DNA of 64,000 nucleotides from the human T2T-CHM13v2.0 reference genome, Homo sapiens (GCA_009914755.4 CP068257.2:14720001-14784000), one strand, 5' to 3'; positions 15,365 to 29,456 are shown, counted from the stretch's first letter. Notes: generated by a model from the sequence alone, not told the origin. Numbers and translations: made by a program.

Positions 15365-18300
15365 TTGGAGAGGTGACTATTGATTGATTGTTTAAGTATT
15401 TCAATTCCCTTCTAGTTTCTAAGCTGAAATCTGCATCAGTTCAGGGGACGTGGCCATCCTTTGTGGTGAGGCTTTTCTACTTCACAATAGTGCTCATTAA
15501 TATATTAAGGACTCTTCTCTTTAAAAAGAACAATTATGACAAGATGGGGCATTTAAAGTAGAGTGCACTGTGGTGCTTTGTGCCTCATCGCTGTCATGTT
15601 TTCAACAAGAGATATTAAAAGAAGTAAATGCCGGGTGGTCTCATGAGGATATGGCGATTTAAGCCTTTGAACCTTGGGCATCCAGTATGACAAAATGGCT
15701 GGTTGCTTTGATGTTGCAACATGAGAAAATCTGTTCTTTTATTGTTTGCAAATGCTAGAATTCTTTCACATTGAAATGATCACTTTGCATATATACCACA
15801 AGTTAAAATTTAATATGTTTTGAGAAAGATACCTCTGAACAATATGGACATGGCAAAAATTTGAAAGGTTCTTTTTGTATTTTTCCCCCTAAATCATGAC
15901 CTTGGATACACTGAATTTAAATTGTTTGGTTGTAGGAAAGTTATTAATAGTACACATTAATAGTAATGTATACTCATACTTTGCTCATAAAGTACCTTTT
16001 AAGGTAAATTTATAAGATATATTTACCAAATGTATTTGTTTTTAGGAGTAATGTCTCACCAAAGGTTGTAATTTCAGTTATTGAAAATATATTTATATGG
16101 GATATAGATGGTATTTGTACTGATGTTTGTTAAGAATAAACTCTATAAAATGGTTCTTAAATGATTATAAGTATACATTGTAAATTGGTAACTGGTGACA
16201 GCGTGAAGTAAAAACAAATTGTAGATAATTTTTGAAGGTTAGTCTATGTGAATAAGTACATAGCTGCTAGAAGTTTATACAAATAATGTAAATGCAGTTT
16301 TTTAAGTAAAGAACTCCTTTTCTATTAGAAAAGAAGACACGTCAAGTGACAGATAATTTGTTTCTTAAAAAACTGTTTCCTCCTAAACAAAAGATGGGTA
16401 AAACATACAGCAAAGAGAACTATCTCACCTGTGTTCCAACCAATATTTGGTACATAGCTAAAAGCTGATTTAATTGAATTTTAAAATGTGAGATTATGAG
16501 TGCCACCATTCTGATTGGGAGAAAAGCAGGAACTTGTGTTACCAAAACAAGTTTCTCTGAAATGTATTTTACCTGGATTTAGAACAGATGTTTATAGGAC
16601 ATGTCGATTTCTTATTCTCTCTGGAATATGAATGTATGATCTAAAAATTGACATCATCCCTTTTAACTTAATCCCCTCCCGAAGGTACCCTTGCTCCTGT
16701 TTATGGCAGAGGTAGTTTCCAAGTGATTGTCTATCCTGAAAGATTTCTATGAAATTATTCTGGATTTTGTTTCATCTACTTGCATGTAGTATGTTTCTCA
16801 GAAAGGCTTTTTAGGTACACTAACATTTTTGTTGTTTGACTTTGATTTTTTATGCTGAAAGTTGGCTGAAATATCATCTACTAAACATATATAATCAATT
16901 AAAAGACATACCATGTTCCCAGATTGAAAGATGGTACATTAATCTATTACTCAATGCAATCTCACTAATTATCCAAATGTGATGTTTTAATGAAACTTAA
17001 TAAACTGCTAGTAAAATTTTTAAAAATATATGTATATAATTAAATTTGTGTTAAATGAAATTATATGAGTAGATATGACATTTTTAAAAGTGGCTCAAAA
17101 CTTAATATAGCTCCATTCATTCTACTCTTAGCCTTTAAAGTTGCATTCCTTAATTAAAAAGAGAGCATTTTAAACATGCCAATAAAAATATTGACCATCT
17201 TAAAATCTTTAAATGCCTAACTACTCGGCATTTATTGCTGAATAACTAACATTCAAGATGGTTTACATATTTTAAATAGTCACAACTCTTTTCAAATCGG
17301 TCATGACTTAAATGCAGCTTTCATATCAGTTTCTGTTTTATGTTTTGGTAAGCAATTTTTGCTATTGATAAATATCCTTACCATTTTAGTCTGATTTCTC
17401 TCTTTGACTGTCAGACTCCGGTGGCCCTGAACAATGTTTAGATTATTCTCCAAAACTTTTGGCTAAGGAGATAATTTTGGAAGTAAGCTTAATTCCTTCA
17501 CGTTTTGAATTTAATTAGCAGAGAACTGTTTTTGAGTGAAAGGCAGGTGTTTTATGATTTTCATGGTGCTATTCCAAATATAAGTATATTAAATATCATT
17601 ATTTCAAGAAATTGTATCTCATTGCTATTTGAGGACTTCACAAATTCTCTTTCAGGAAAAAGTAGCATGTCCCTGGTAATGGTTTTATATCATCCGTTGG
17701 AAACTGCATCATATGTTTTGTATTTTAAATCCACTGCAAGAATCGTCGCTCCTGGTAAAAAATCAGAGTGCTCTCAGGATTCTAATATAATCACATGTTT
17801 AAACTGTGCTGCAGACTTCCCAAGTGTGACTCATTGGCCTTTTGGAAGTCCAAGCCTAAGCATGGAAGCTACTCAACATACGATGAGGAAAAAAATTATG
17901 AACGAACAAATTCTATGATCATACAGATATTTAGCTAAAGTACATTATAAACTTACATATAACAAAAATTTAAGAATAACCCAAATGTTTGACAATAAAG
18001 TTTCTTTAAGTAAATTTCATATTGTGCAAGTATTAATGATGTCGAATATCATTTTCCTAATTTTGATATTCGATATATAAAAAAATTAAATGTCTTTGAA
18101 AATTGCTTCCAAGATAGTGCTTTTGGTTCCATAGTTGTGTGTCCTTTGTTTGTAAAATGTGACTTCTCCTTCAACTTTTAAATTAGAACTTCTCATGATA
18201 TCCTAAATGACATATTATTGTAGAGTAAGTGCTGGAAGTGCTCATGTCTTTTGCTTGTTTCCTTAGTGTCATTCTGTAGAGCTCATTGACTTGAAGGTGA

Positions 18301-18883
18301 CAGAGACTTACTTCTATAGATACTATATGTAATACCATATGTCAATATCTATAGATTCTATATTTGATACCATACATGAGTCAATCAATCAGTCAACACA
18401 TATGTAATCAAAGTTGGCAGTGCATTTACTCCTGAGTTAGATGCTGTAGGGCCACTGTTGTGTGTGATCTTGCCTTCCAGAAACTTACAACCAAGTTGAA
18501 AAGACAAGAGCCATAAAATAAAATAATAGCAAATTAATATAAAACCTGGATAAAGAATGTAATAACTAGATGACCAATTTGAGAGTGCTTATTGGGACTT
18601 ATGAAGAAAAAGAAATTGAAAAAAGGTGAGCCTGTGTTTAAAATTTAGAGGGGTATAGATATAACACAGACTGTTAATGTTTTCTTTCAATATCCATTTT
18701 GTTTTACTATTCTTTTTTAAGGTGTTTTATTTTAGTTGTTTTTACACGTTACATGAACATTCATTCATCGTAATGCATATTTTATCACATTTTATTGATT
18801 GTCCAATATTCATTTTATTGTTTATCCATTTTATTGATTGTCCAGTGCTGACATCTCCCTATGTCAGCATTTAATAATTTAAT

Positions 18884-18968
18884 AATTTCTGTTGAACTTT
18901 TAAAGGGCTTTGGGTATGTAATTTCTGTTGAACTTTTTAAAGGGCTTTGGGTATGTAATTATTTAACA
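18884..18968 (+). repeat. tandem duplication, about 42-bp unit x2
   Basis: The unit taatttctgttgaacttttaaagggctttgggtatgtaat occurs twice head to tail, with a 1-nt length difference in the T-run. Confidence 0.75.
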
Positions 18969-19024
18969 AAGTGCACCAACTAGCAGAATTATCTGTATAC
19001 ATAGAAGTGATTTTTTTTATAATG

Positions 19025-19170
19025 ATGATGATTTAGTCATTCAATGATTATTTATTGAGTACCTGTTATGAGCCATGGACTGTCTTAGGTGCTGGTGATA
19101 TAGAACTAAAAGAAAAAGACAAAACTCCTTATCTTTGTGGAGCCTACATTTTAATTATGTAAGTAGGTAA
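19025..19170 (-). mobile_element. possible MIR-type ancient SINE fragment
   Basis: Contains a tcattcaatgattatttattgagtacctgttatgagcc...cttaggtgctgg motif resembling the reverse complement of the MIR core (cagtgcctggcacatagtaggtgctcaataaatg). It is diverged. Confidence 0.3.
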
Positions 19171-19228
19171 TAAATAATATAAGTAGCTAAAGTATACAGT
19201 GTGTTGATAATGATTAATAATAAAGAGA

Positions 19229-19438
19229 TGCTGGGTACAGTGGCTCATGCCTGTAATCCCAGCGGTTTGGGAGGCTGAGGTGGATGGATCGCTTAGGCCA
19301 AGGGATTCAAGACCTGGGCAACATGGTGAAACCCTGTCTGTACCAACAAAAAAGTACGAAAATTATCCAGGCACACACCTCTAGTCCCAGCTACTTGGGT
19401 GGCTGAAGTGGGAGGACCCATTTGAGCCCAGGAGGTTA
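19229..19438 (+). mobile_element. Alu SINE, older and diverged, 3'-truncated, no tail
   Basis: gctgggtacagtggctcatgcctgtaatcccagcggtttgggaggctgaggtgg ... cccagctacttgggtggctgaagtgggaggacccatttgagcccaggaggtt. The match breaks off before the Alu 3' end. Confidence 0.8.
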
Positions 19439-21232
19439 ATAACAATTGTAGGTAGGGTAGTTGGTGGTAGTTGGTGAGAACTTCCCTGAAGAGATAATTC
19501 TTGAGTAACAACTTGGAAGACATGAGGCTAATATCATCTATATCTGGGGGAAGAACCTTCCAGGCGGGGAAACTGAAGGCTGTTTTCTTCACTGCAGGTG
19601 GCTGCCACATAAGGCTAGTACTTCCCTTTCAAGGTAGGGAGTATCGAGGAAGAGGCAAACACTTATTGCTCAGAGAAGAAAAAAGGACTAATTTTGCTTT
19701 AGCAAACCTGTTATTTTTGTACTCTAAATAATATTATATCTAACCATTCCAATATTTTGAAATCAAGTATTATATAATTCTGATCATTAATCTTTACTAA
19801 AAACTTTGTATACATACTCTGACAAACAATCTTTCTTCCTCATGAGTTTGCTGAGTATTGTGGAGAGTGAAGATTAACAAAAATCGTGAGAAAAAATAAT
19901 GTAATAGCAACTTAGAGATAGTTGGAGTGAAGTTAGGTACATTCTTATTAGGAGTAAGAACAATCAAATCCAGCACTTGCCTCAAGACTCACATCTTTCT
20001 AAAACATGTCACTTCTGGACAAGAGGTGACTACCCCAATTAAGTAATTTATTTGTGTGGGAGGATCTAACTCCAGAACTCTGTAAGAAAAAGAGGTGCTT
20101 TTGGATGCTGATAAATCCCCCAAATAAAAAGTTATATTAAAACATACATCTTGATTTCCTTTGAAGAGTGTATGGTGTCTGTCCCATGACTGGCAATTCT
20201 GATCATCCACTTGAGAAGGGATAATCTCACTGTTTGTCAGTTGAGATGGCTGTAAACTGAAAATTATTATGTAAGCAGCCTGACGAAAGTACCAAGAAAA
20301 CTTTAATTAACACTTGCATGATTAAGAAATGTAATAAATATGATGGTAGATATGATAAATAGCTTTAATCTCAATCCCTATTACAATCACAAAATTTAAC
20401 TTCTCAGAGAAACAATCTGATGACTATGTACTGACATTTTGAAATTAAGTTTGAAATGTTAATGTTTTTGGTTGAGTATCACTCTTTCTGCTGCCCCAGA
20501 TTCTAGTGTTAGACATTTATATGCTTTTCACTTCTCAAGCCAGAGAACCATAACATGATTGGCATAGATATCTATTCTGTTTTTTAGCTTCTAATATCTG
20601 AAAGTCTGAACCAATTCCAAAGTGTTGACATTATACAGTCATTTTTCATGGATGTACATGTTATGGCTGGCATGTAGTAGGACCGAGAAAACTGTGAAAT
20701 ATATAAATATCTTCAAACTACTGTTCTATTTCTTATACTTTTTGAAACTGATCTAGTGATTTGCTTTTGATTTCCTATTGCAGTGTTTGATTGTCATCTA
20801 ACTGATTATTTTAAGTGATTTAATTATATTATAAGATGAATAAAATTCAGGCTTCCAGTTAACTAACTAGCTTTTGTTCCCTGAAGAAATTGGCAGAAAA
20901 GGACATATCTATTTATGATTTTTTTTCCTCACCAATTTCTACTTTAAGAGACATGTTCTCAAGTAGAGAAGATTTTCCCACAGACGGCATTAATTGGAAA
21001 CGTTGTAATGACAATAACAAGTATGCAGAAATCTAGTTGTTTAGAAGAAATTTTCTCTTTCTTCATGAATATTTGGACAAGCTATTCCGTCAAATGTCTG
21101 ATATATTTAAAATGAGGCCAAGCAGACATGCATTTGGTTCACAGTTTTCCAAAGTGTGTGTTCTAGAACACTTTTATCACTAGATTTCTGCTGGGTTTGT
21201 GTGACAGTGCATCTTATCTCCCTCTTCATTAA

Positions 21233-21586
<354 letters not shown>

Positions 21587-21664
21587 TTTCAAGGTTTTAA
21601 TATCTTCTACAGCAAAGAAATCTGATTAACCTTGCTTAACCCAATGTTTACCAAATGTATTTAC

Positions 21665-21722
21665 TGACAGACCAATTACATATTTACATCAGACCAATTA
21701 CATTTACATCAGACCAATTAAC
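21665..21722 (+). repeat. short tandem repeat, about 19-bp unit x3
   Basis: catcagaccaattacattta repeated three times with small variations. Confidence 0.6.
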
Positions 21723-23705
21723 ATATTCTGAGACTAGCATTTCGGGAAGCAAATGCTGCTAAAACACCTTAGCAATTTCTGTGAGAATGAAATCCATATC
21801 CAGTTAACAGCGTTTTTCAGTGTTGTATAACCTTGTGGACAACTTGATACTGGTTTAGGTTCTTGAATTATTGACCTTTTAAGACGTCTGCAGGTGAATA
21901 ATAATTGGCCACATACACAGCAATGCACTTAGAGCATTATTTTAAGTTCCGCACTTGGAAATTTGCCAGCACTACTTTGGAAATGGCAACTAAAGCAAGC
22001 ATTTCATATATTGGATTCTATGGAACTTTGCTGAATTTGGAGACAGAAATGCATTAAGCAGCATTCAATATAACTGGTCTTAAATGTGGGAGGGCTTAGT
22101 GTTTATTTGCAACACATAATTTTTTGGGAGCCTTAAGGCTCTTTAGACTCCAAAGTGTTTTCCTCACATCCTATCACTCAGTGAAATTCCAGCTTTGGAG
22201 CTCCTCCATCTCTCATTGGAATTAGATAATCAAAACAACCCTGTCATTTTCTATCCTATGCCTCTGCTTAGCCTTTTTCTCTTCCTAAAATGTCCTTCTC
22301 CTTTATGCCTCAATCAGTGCCCTTCATAATTCTGTGCTACCTTCAAATGACCCTTCCTCCCTCACACCTTTCCTCATTCTCACCATGGTGACAGCTGTTT
22401 GTCCAGGCTGTGCTGAGGTAATCGAAATGTTTCCTCTTTTCTCTGTGTCTAAACGGGACTTTGCTTGCCTCTTTGTCATAACAGATTCTATGAAATACTG
22501 TTACTGGGAAACACGTATAATATTCCACCAACGTTTTCATAATCACAGACGACGTTTTGCTTATGATAACTAGTGTCTTTCACGGAGTAGAAATGCAAAA
22601 TCATACGGCATGGCAACTTAAAAATTGGCCTTGACCATTTCTTTTACACTAGGGGAGTCACATGAAAATGCAGGTTGAAAATCACATTTTGAGTTTTTTT
22701 TTTTTTTAATTTATTTACTAAGATATACTCTGGCTACTTCACATGTAAACAAAGAATTTATTTCTTGAGGATCCTGGCATTATTGGTACATTTTCTTGTT
22801 GTCACTTGGTTTTGGCCATTTTTCAACTGGTCAAAATTAAAAAAAAAAAAAATTTCAAAGCAATATGACACCTACAATTACATTGTTAATTTTGGCTCTC
22901 CTTATTCTTTCCAGATAATTGTTCTTCATCCATTTTATTCCTAAGTTAGAATTCTTTAAAATAAACTTTTAAATAATTTCAGACTTATGAAAAAGTTTCA
23001 AAAGTAGTACAGAAATTTCCTTACAGTTTTTAAGCAGCTTCCTTAAAGGTTAACATCTTACATAATCAGGGAACAGATATTGAAAACAAAAGATTAACAT
23101 TGAAACCATCCTATTAACTCATCTGTAGACCTACTTAAGTTTCCTTAGTTGTCTCCCTGAGGACTTATTTCCTCAGTCTAGGATCCAATCCCTGATCCAA
23201 CATTGCAGGTAGCTGTCAGGCACTTTGCCTCCAATCTGATATTTCTTCAATCTTTCTTTGTGCGTCGAGAATTTGATATTTATCAAGAGCGTTATCCAGT
23301 TATTTTGTAGAACATCAATTTCAGGTTGTCTGCTATGTAAGTAGCCATTATATCCTTTGAAAAATAGTCTTAGGCATATTTCTGAAGATTACTTGTGTGG
23401 AAAGCATTTGTTTCCCAAATGCTTTGTTGACTTGCATCATTACTTTCCATGTGAAAAAATGCATGTTTTAGCGTCTAAAAAAAAAAAAGGGCAGAAATAT
23501 CTTATTTTCCCCTTTCCTGATGATTTGTCCTATAATAGTCTTTGGAAAGATTTATAATGAGATTGAGTTTCAGAGCTTTGTAAGCCTCTGTTCACGAGTA
23601 TACATCCTTTATCAAAAAATATTTTTAAAATGTGAAGTTATTTATATTAGCATTCTCCAGAGAAACAAAATCAATAAGGTATATATGTAGATAGATATAT
23701 GAGAG

Positions 23706-24722
23706 GTAATTTGTTAGGGGAATTGGCTCATGTGATTATGGAGGCTGAGAAGTCCCATCACAGGCCACCTGCAAGCTGGAGATCCTGGGATGCCTGTAGC
23801 GTGACTCAGTGCAAGTCTTCAATACTCAGAATCAGCGAAGTCGAGGGTGGAACTCTCAGTCTGAGGCTGAAGTCCTGAAAACCTGAGGAGCCTCTGATGC
23901 AAATACCAGGGTCCAAATGCTGGAGAGCCTGGAATTTTTGGTGTCGGAGTGTTATAGGAAAGGGGTCCTGATCCACACCCCAAAAGAGGGTTCTTGGATC
24001 TTGTGCAAGAAAAAATTCAGGGTGAGTCCACAGTGCAAAGCTTTCAAGTTTATTAATAGTAAAGTGGTGAAAGTACAGCTACTCCATAGATAGAGTAGGG
24101 TGTTCCTGAAAGTAAGAGGAGAAATGCATCCACACTAGATACAATACTTGTTTATGTATAGTATAAAAAAAAATCATGGGGACCTGTGCTCTGCTACTAG
24201 GGTTTGTGATAAAGGATTAATTTTCTTAATTAGTATATTTTGCAAGAATCAGTATTATGATCTTTAAAGCAAAATTAGGAATGCTTCTTTTCTCAAGATA
24301 ACAGGATATCAGGACACTCCTAAGTCTGGGTCTGTTTAGTAAACATTATCAATCTGTTCCCTTGCCCGTAAACATCTAGAGGCTAGGAATACCTAACTTC
24401 CTGGGAATGCAGCCCAACAAGTCCCAGCCTCATTTCCCTAGCCCTCACTCATGATGGAGTCACTCTGGTTTGAAAGCCTCTGACACCAGGGCAGGAGAAG
24501 AGGGGTGTCCTATCTCCAGGAGAGAGAGGGAATGAGAATTTACCTTTCCTCTGCCTTTTCCACCTATATTGAGGGTGGATCTTCTCCACCCACTCCACCG
24601 ACTCACACAGTAATCTTCTCTGGAAACATCCTACTAGACACACCCAGAACTAATGCTTTACTAGCTCTCCAGGTAGTCTTTAATCCAATAAAGTTGACAC
24701 CTAAAATTAATCATCACAGTCT
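23706..24722 (+). mobile_element. old interspersed repeat (resembles the 3'-terminal region of ancient L1M subfamilies), split by a later insertion
   Basis: The left part (23706-23947: ggctcatgtgattatggaggctgagaagtcccat...ctgcaagctggagatcc...) and the right part (24487-24722: ...caggagaag...cctttcctctgccttttc...ggatcttctccacc...acacacccagaactaatgctttac...aagttgacacctaaaattaatcatcacag) are collinear with a repeat consensus I recognise. The family name is uncertain. Confidence 0.4.
23948..24486 (+). mobile_element. probable solo LTR (class I ERV; resembles the HERV9/LTR12 group, diverged) inserted into the older repeat
   Basis: It starts tgttatagg and ends cctctgaca, giving TG...CA termini. 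Internal motifs match remembered LTR12-like sequence: ggtcctgatccacaccccaaaagagggttcttggatct.gcaagaaa.aattcaggg.gagtcc.cagtgcaaag ... ctgggaatgcagcccaacaagtcccagcct ... gatggagt..ctctggtt.aaa.cctctgaca. Confidence 0.4.
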
Positions 24723-25876
24723 TTTTTTTTTTTTTTTAAACCACACAAGTTATCCATTTTCTTTCTTAGTGACTACTAGGTAGGAGTATTAGACAACTTG
24801 AAATGTTGAAATTTAATTGTTTCAAGTTATCCATTAATTATCCTGGTTAGAAAATCAGGCTTGATTGGTGTACCTCTTTAATGAATAGCGCAGAGAAATC
24901 ACATTAAAATGTGATACTGTTAAACCAATGTGTTAATTCTTTGACACACTTGCTTTCCTTCTTTCATTTTCCAGTGTGCCTTTCTCTCTCAAAGTTTCCA
25001 GACTCTGCTTTTTCACTAACTTCCTTATTCATTTTGACCAATTCCTGCCTTGACTAATTTACCCTAATCAATTTGCAATCTGATTTCTTTCCCTACCACT
25101 TCATGAGACTGCTTTGCTCCCTCAAGAAGTGCAAATGACTTTCTAAGCTAAATCTGCTACTTGCGTGCATCATTGACAATGCTGGCCACTTTCTTTTTCA
25201 GTGAAATTCTTACCCTCTTGTAACATCTGACAAACATTATCTCTTGGTTCCCTTGCTGCTTCTCCAAACATATCTTCTATTCTCATTTTTGCTGCTTGTC
25301 TTTTCAAATATAGGCATTCCACAGGTTTATTCTCCAACCATGCCGTGGTTAGAGAATGCTCAAATGCTCCCAAAACTTCAGTTATCACCTTCGTGCAACT
25401 GACTCAATCTTTACCTTGAATTTGCATATTCATCCTGAACTTTTTGTTCTGAATTTCCCATAGGTACTACAGATTCAACTAGGCACTAAACTGAGATTAT
25501 TAGTTCCCCTTATAAACATCAATTTATTTCTCCTACACTCACTCCCTGATTTGGGCTGAAGTTAAATTCAGTGTTTAGGTTCTCCCATCCCACTTGTCCT
25601 CTGCCTCCTAAACCATATTATTCTTTTAATCTGGACTATTCTCTCCCTCTCTCACTTTATGTTTGAACATGATAATTTTTCATTTAGGTACAGCTTGAGT
25701 TCTATCTCAGTGATACCTACCCTGTTCAATTCAGAAAGAATGAAAGAACTCTCATGTAATTAACTTCATTGCATCGTGTTTCATCATTAGTTGTAGACAT
25801 GTCTGTATTGTTTTCCTCATCAGAATGTAAGTCTCTCAAGCGATCTTTGTGGAACTTGTAAGTCGGTCATTACCTT

Positions 25877-26188
25877 CTTTCTTTCTTTCTTTTTTTTTTT
25901 TTTTTTGAGACTGAGTCTCGCCCCGTCGCCCAAGCTGGAGTGCAGTGGTGCAATCTCCACTCACTGCAAGCTCCGCCTCCCAGGTTCACACCATTCTCCT
26001 GCCTCAGCCTCCTGAGTAGCTGGGACTACAGGCGCCCGCCACCATGCCCGGCTAATTTTTTGTATTTTTAGTAGAGGTGGGGTTTCACCTTGTTAGCCAG
26101 GATGGTCTCGATCTCCTGACCTCGTGATCCGGCCGCCTCAGCCTCCCAAAGTGCTGGGATTACAGGCATGAGCCACCACACCCGGCCG
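25877..26188 (-). mobile_element. Alu SINE (AluS/Y-like), antisense, full length
   Basis: A T-rich tail at 25877-25906 is followed by the reverse complement of an Alu (gagactgagtctcgccccgtcgcccaagctggagtgcagtgg ... ggccgcctcagcctcccaaagtgctgggattacaggcatgagccaccacacccggcc). A 10-bp TSD, TCATTACCTT, lies at 25867-25876 and 26190-26199. Confidence 0.92.
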
Positions 26189-27285
26189 CTCATTACCTTA
26201 TTTCTATAATGATTTGTGAATTGGCCTGAAATAACTCATCCCTGGTTTGTTGTTGTTGTGTTGTGTTTTGTGATTCAGCCCTGTAAACGGCATGCTCCTC
26301 CCAGGAATGATAATGCTACACTGTAACACAGATCATTGGTGTTTCAAAAAACCCATCCATCCATGTCTTCATTTATTTGCAAAACAAGGGCAGGAAAAAC
26401 TAGAATTAAATCGTTAATTCTCTCTCGGTCTCTCAGGGCAATATGTTGGGCAGTTACTTGAGTGAGATATTTTTTATCAAACCAAATATGCTGAGGCAGG
26501 AATAACATCAAAGGTGTTTGTGATGTACTGTTGCTCTCATTAGTTACCTGCAGATCAAACAGGTATCTGTTCTAACACTTCGATTTTGAAACTTAATGCT
26601 GTGTTTGTTAAATTTACTTAATTAGGACCTCTTAACACCTCAGATAGTCGCTTAAAACAACAACAACAAAAACAACAGTAATACCCAGCTGTTAGCCCTG
26701 CGGATGAAACAATAAATGCAAAGTTAACACTTTTTAAAGGTGAATATGTACATTTGGATGCCTCGACAGCATTCAGTAAAAATCAAGTGTGCTTAGAGAT
26801 AATCTACTAAGTTGCTGATTGTTTCTGGACCTGTAACTCTTAATAAATATTGCAAATATCTAAAAGATATGGATCATTATTTAGGGGAAATGTATGTGTA
26901 TGCATAAATGCAATCTTTTATAATCTAAAAATACTTTTCAGGAGCTCTTTCTGAGATGAAGAGAATTCTCAATGTCAAGATTTGAACAAGAAGAGAATGG
27001 AATACACAATATGGTAAGTGACTTGCAAAAAAGATCAATGTGACCACATTTCTAGTGCTCCATTGGGCAGTTATCACTTGTAAGTTGCATGCATAGAAAA
27101 ATGCATACTTATGGTAGTCACTGTTGCAAGCAGTTCTGAAATATTAACACAGTTGATCAAAATTGTTCCACTCCTAAAAGCTTATTTTGATAAACTTGGT
27201 GTAAAAGATACTTGGCTATCACTCATGGCAGGTGATTTTACTCTAATTTTTAATTAGGGAAAATTAAGGTTGCTTATGTGATTAA

Positions 27286-27883
27286 TGTCACGCACGTCCA
27301 TGTGAAGAGACCACCAAACAGGCTTTGTGTGAGCAATAAAGCTTTTTAATCACCTGGGTGCAGGTGGGCTGAGTCTGAAAAGAGAGTGAGCAAAGTGTGG
27401 TGGGATTATCGTTAGTTCTTATAGGTTTGGGATAGGCGGTGGAGTTAGGAGCAGGGGGTAGATCTCACAAAGTACATTCTCAAGGGCAGGGAGAGTATTA
27501 CAAAGTACCTTTTCAAGGGTGGGGGAATATCACAAAGTACCTTCTCAAGGGTGGGGGAATATCACAAAGTAACTTCTCAAGGGTGGGAGAATATCACAAA
27601 GTACCTTCTCAAGGGTGGGGAAATATCACAAAGTACCTTCTCAAGGGTAGGGGAATATCTCAAAGTACATTATCGCAAGGGCGGGGAGGGTGTATTGTCA
27701 TAAGGTCAATTGATCAGTTAGGGTGCGGCAGGAACAGGTCACAATGGTGGAATGTCGTCAGCTAAGGCAGGACCTGGCTATTTGCACTTCTTTTGTGGAT
27801 CTTCAGTTGCTTCAGGCCATCTGGATGTATACATGCAGGTCACAGGGGATATGATGGCTTAGCTTGAGCTCAGAGGCCTGACA
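27286..27883 (-). mobile_element. provirus 3' LTR (LTR7-like), 598 bp
   Basis: TG...CA termini. About 90 percent similar to the remembered LTR7 start and end. Contains a 6-copy 32-bp tandem repeat in U3. Confidence 0.85.
27461..27690. repeat. 32-bp tandem repeat in the 3' LTR U3, about 6 copies plus a degenerate terminal copy
   Basis: Unit approximately ggaatatcacaaagtaccttctcaagggtggg, using the tcaagggtgggg variant, repeated head to tail. Confidence 0.85.
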
Positions 27884-28624
27884 TTCCTGTCTTCTTCTGT
27901 TAATAAGAAAAACAAAACAAAATGGTGGTGAAGTGTTGGGGTGGCAAAAATTTTTGCGGGTGGTATGGAGAGATAATGGGCGATGTTTCTCAGGGCTGCT
28001 TTGAGCAGGATTAGGGGCAGTGTGGGAACCTAGAGTGGGAGTGATTAAACTGAAGAAAGATTTTGGGGTAAGGGGTGATATTGTGGGGTTGTTAGAAGCA
28101 GCATTTGTCATATAGAGTGATTAGTGATAGTCTGGTTGCAGTTTTGTAGGAATTGAGAGATTAATTGGAAGACACAAGGGCCAAGTAAGAGAAAGAGAAA
28201 AACAGGTATCAAAGGACTAAGAATTGGGAGGACCCAGGACATTCAACTAGAGAGTGCCCAAGGGGGTTCAGCCTAATTATTTGCTTGTTTGATGAGTTTT
28301 TGGGCTCTATCCTTGCATTTTTTTATGTTGTCATATACCAGGCCAGACTGATTTAGGTAAAAACAACACTCTTCATTTAAAAATACACAGAGTCTTCCTT
28401 TTTCAGCAGTGAGTAAGTCAAGGCCTGTTCCTGTTTTCTTATATTAATAATAATAATAAAAAAACAAAATAGAAGTAAAGTGTTAGTGTCATGAGGGGAA
28501 CAGGAAGCTGTTCGGTCCTATTTGCAAATTGATTTTGGGGGTAAGGCTAACTAGTGTACATGTGCCTGTCTAATTAATAGGTAGACACATGTAGGTGAAG
28601 GAGCCACAGAGGAGGAAGACATCT

Positions 28625-29456
28625 TTTTTATTATTATCATTATTATTATTATACTTTAAGTTTTAGGGTACATGTGCACAATGTGCAGGTTAGTTACATA
28701 TGTATACGTGTGCCATGCTGCTGTGCTGCACCCATTAACTCGTCATTTAGCTTTAGGTATATCTCCTAATGCTATCCCTCCCCCTTCCCCCCACCCCACA
28801 ACAGTCACCAGAGTGTGACGTTCCCCTTCCTGTGTCCATGGGTTCTCATTGTTCAATTCTCACCTATGAGTGAGAACATGCGGTGTTTGGATTTTTGTCC
28901 TTGCGATAGTTTACTGAGAATGATGATTTCCAATTTCATCCATGTCCCTATAAAGGACACGAACTTCTCATTTTTTATGGCTGCATAGTATTCCATGGTG
29001 TATATGTGCCACGTTTTCTTAATCCAGTCTATCATTGTTGGTCGTTTGGATTGGTTCCAAGTCTTTGCTATTGTGAATAGTGCAATAAACATACGTGTGC
29101 ACGTGACTTTATAGCAGCATGATTTATAGTCCTTTGGGTATATACCCAGTAATGGGATGGCTGGGTCAAATGGTATTCCTAGTTCTAGATCCCTGAGGAA
29201 TCGCCACACTGACTTCCACAATGGTTGAACTAGTTTACAGTCCCACCAACAGTGTAAAAGTGTTCCTATTTCTCCACAACCTCTCCAGCACCTGTTGTTT
29301 CCCGACTTTTTAATGATTGCCATTCTAACTGGTGTGAGATGGTATCTCATTGTGGTTTTGATTTGCATTTCTCTGATGGCCAGTGATGGTGAGCATTTCT
29401 TCATGTGTTTTTTGGCTGCATAAATGTCTTCGTTTGAGAAGTGTCTGTTCATGTCC
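28625..29456 (-). mobile_element. L1 (L1PA-like) 3' fragment nested inside the provirus, antisense
   Basis: On the plus strand it starts with a T/A-rich tail followed by the reverse complement of the L1 3' UTR (actttaagttttagggtacatgtgcacaatgtgcaggttagttacatatgtatac...). It continues into ORF2 C-terminal coding and stops matching L1 at about 29456. The flanks gaagacatc / gaagagaac look like a degenerate TSD. Confidence 0.9.

Noticed and set aside
17505-17918. 137-aa plus-strand ORF in unique sequence, the longest non-repeat ORF in the window
   Set aside because: No recognisable motif or family, AT-rich codon usage, many internal hydrophobic runs, no plausible splice or Kozak context, and it is isolated with no other exons nearby. 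At this AT content, ORFs of this length occur by chance in 64 kb.
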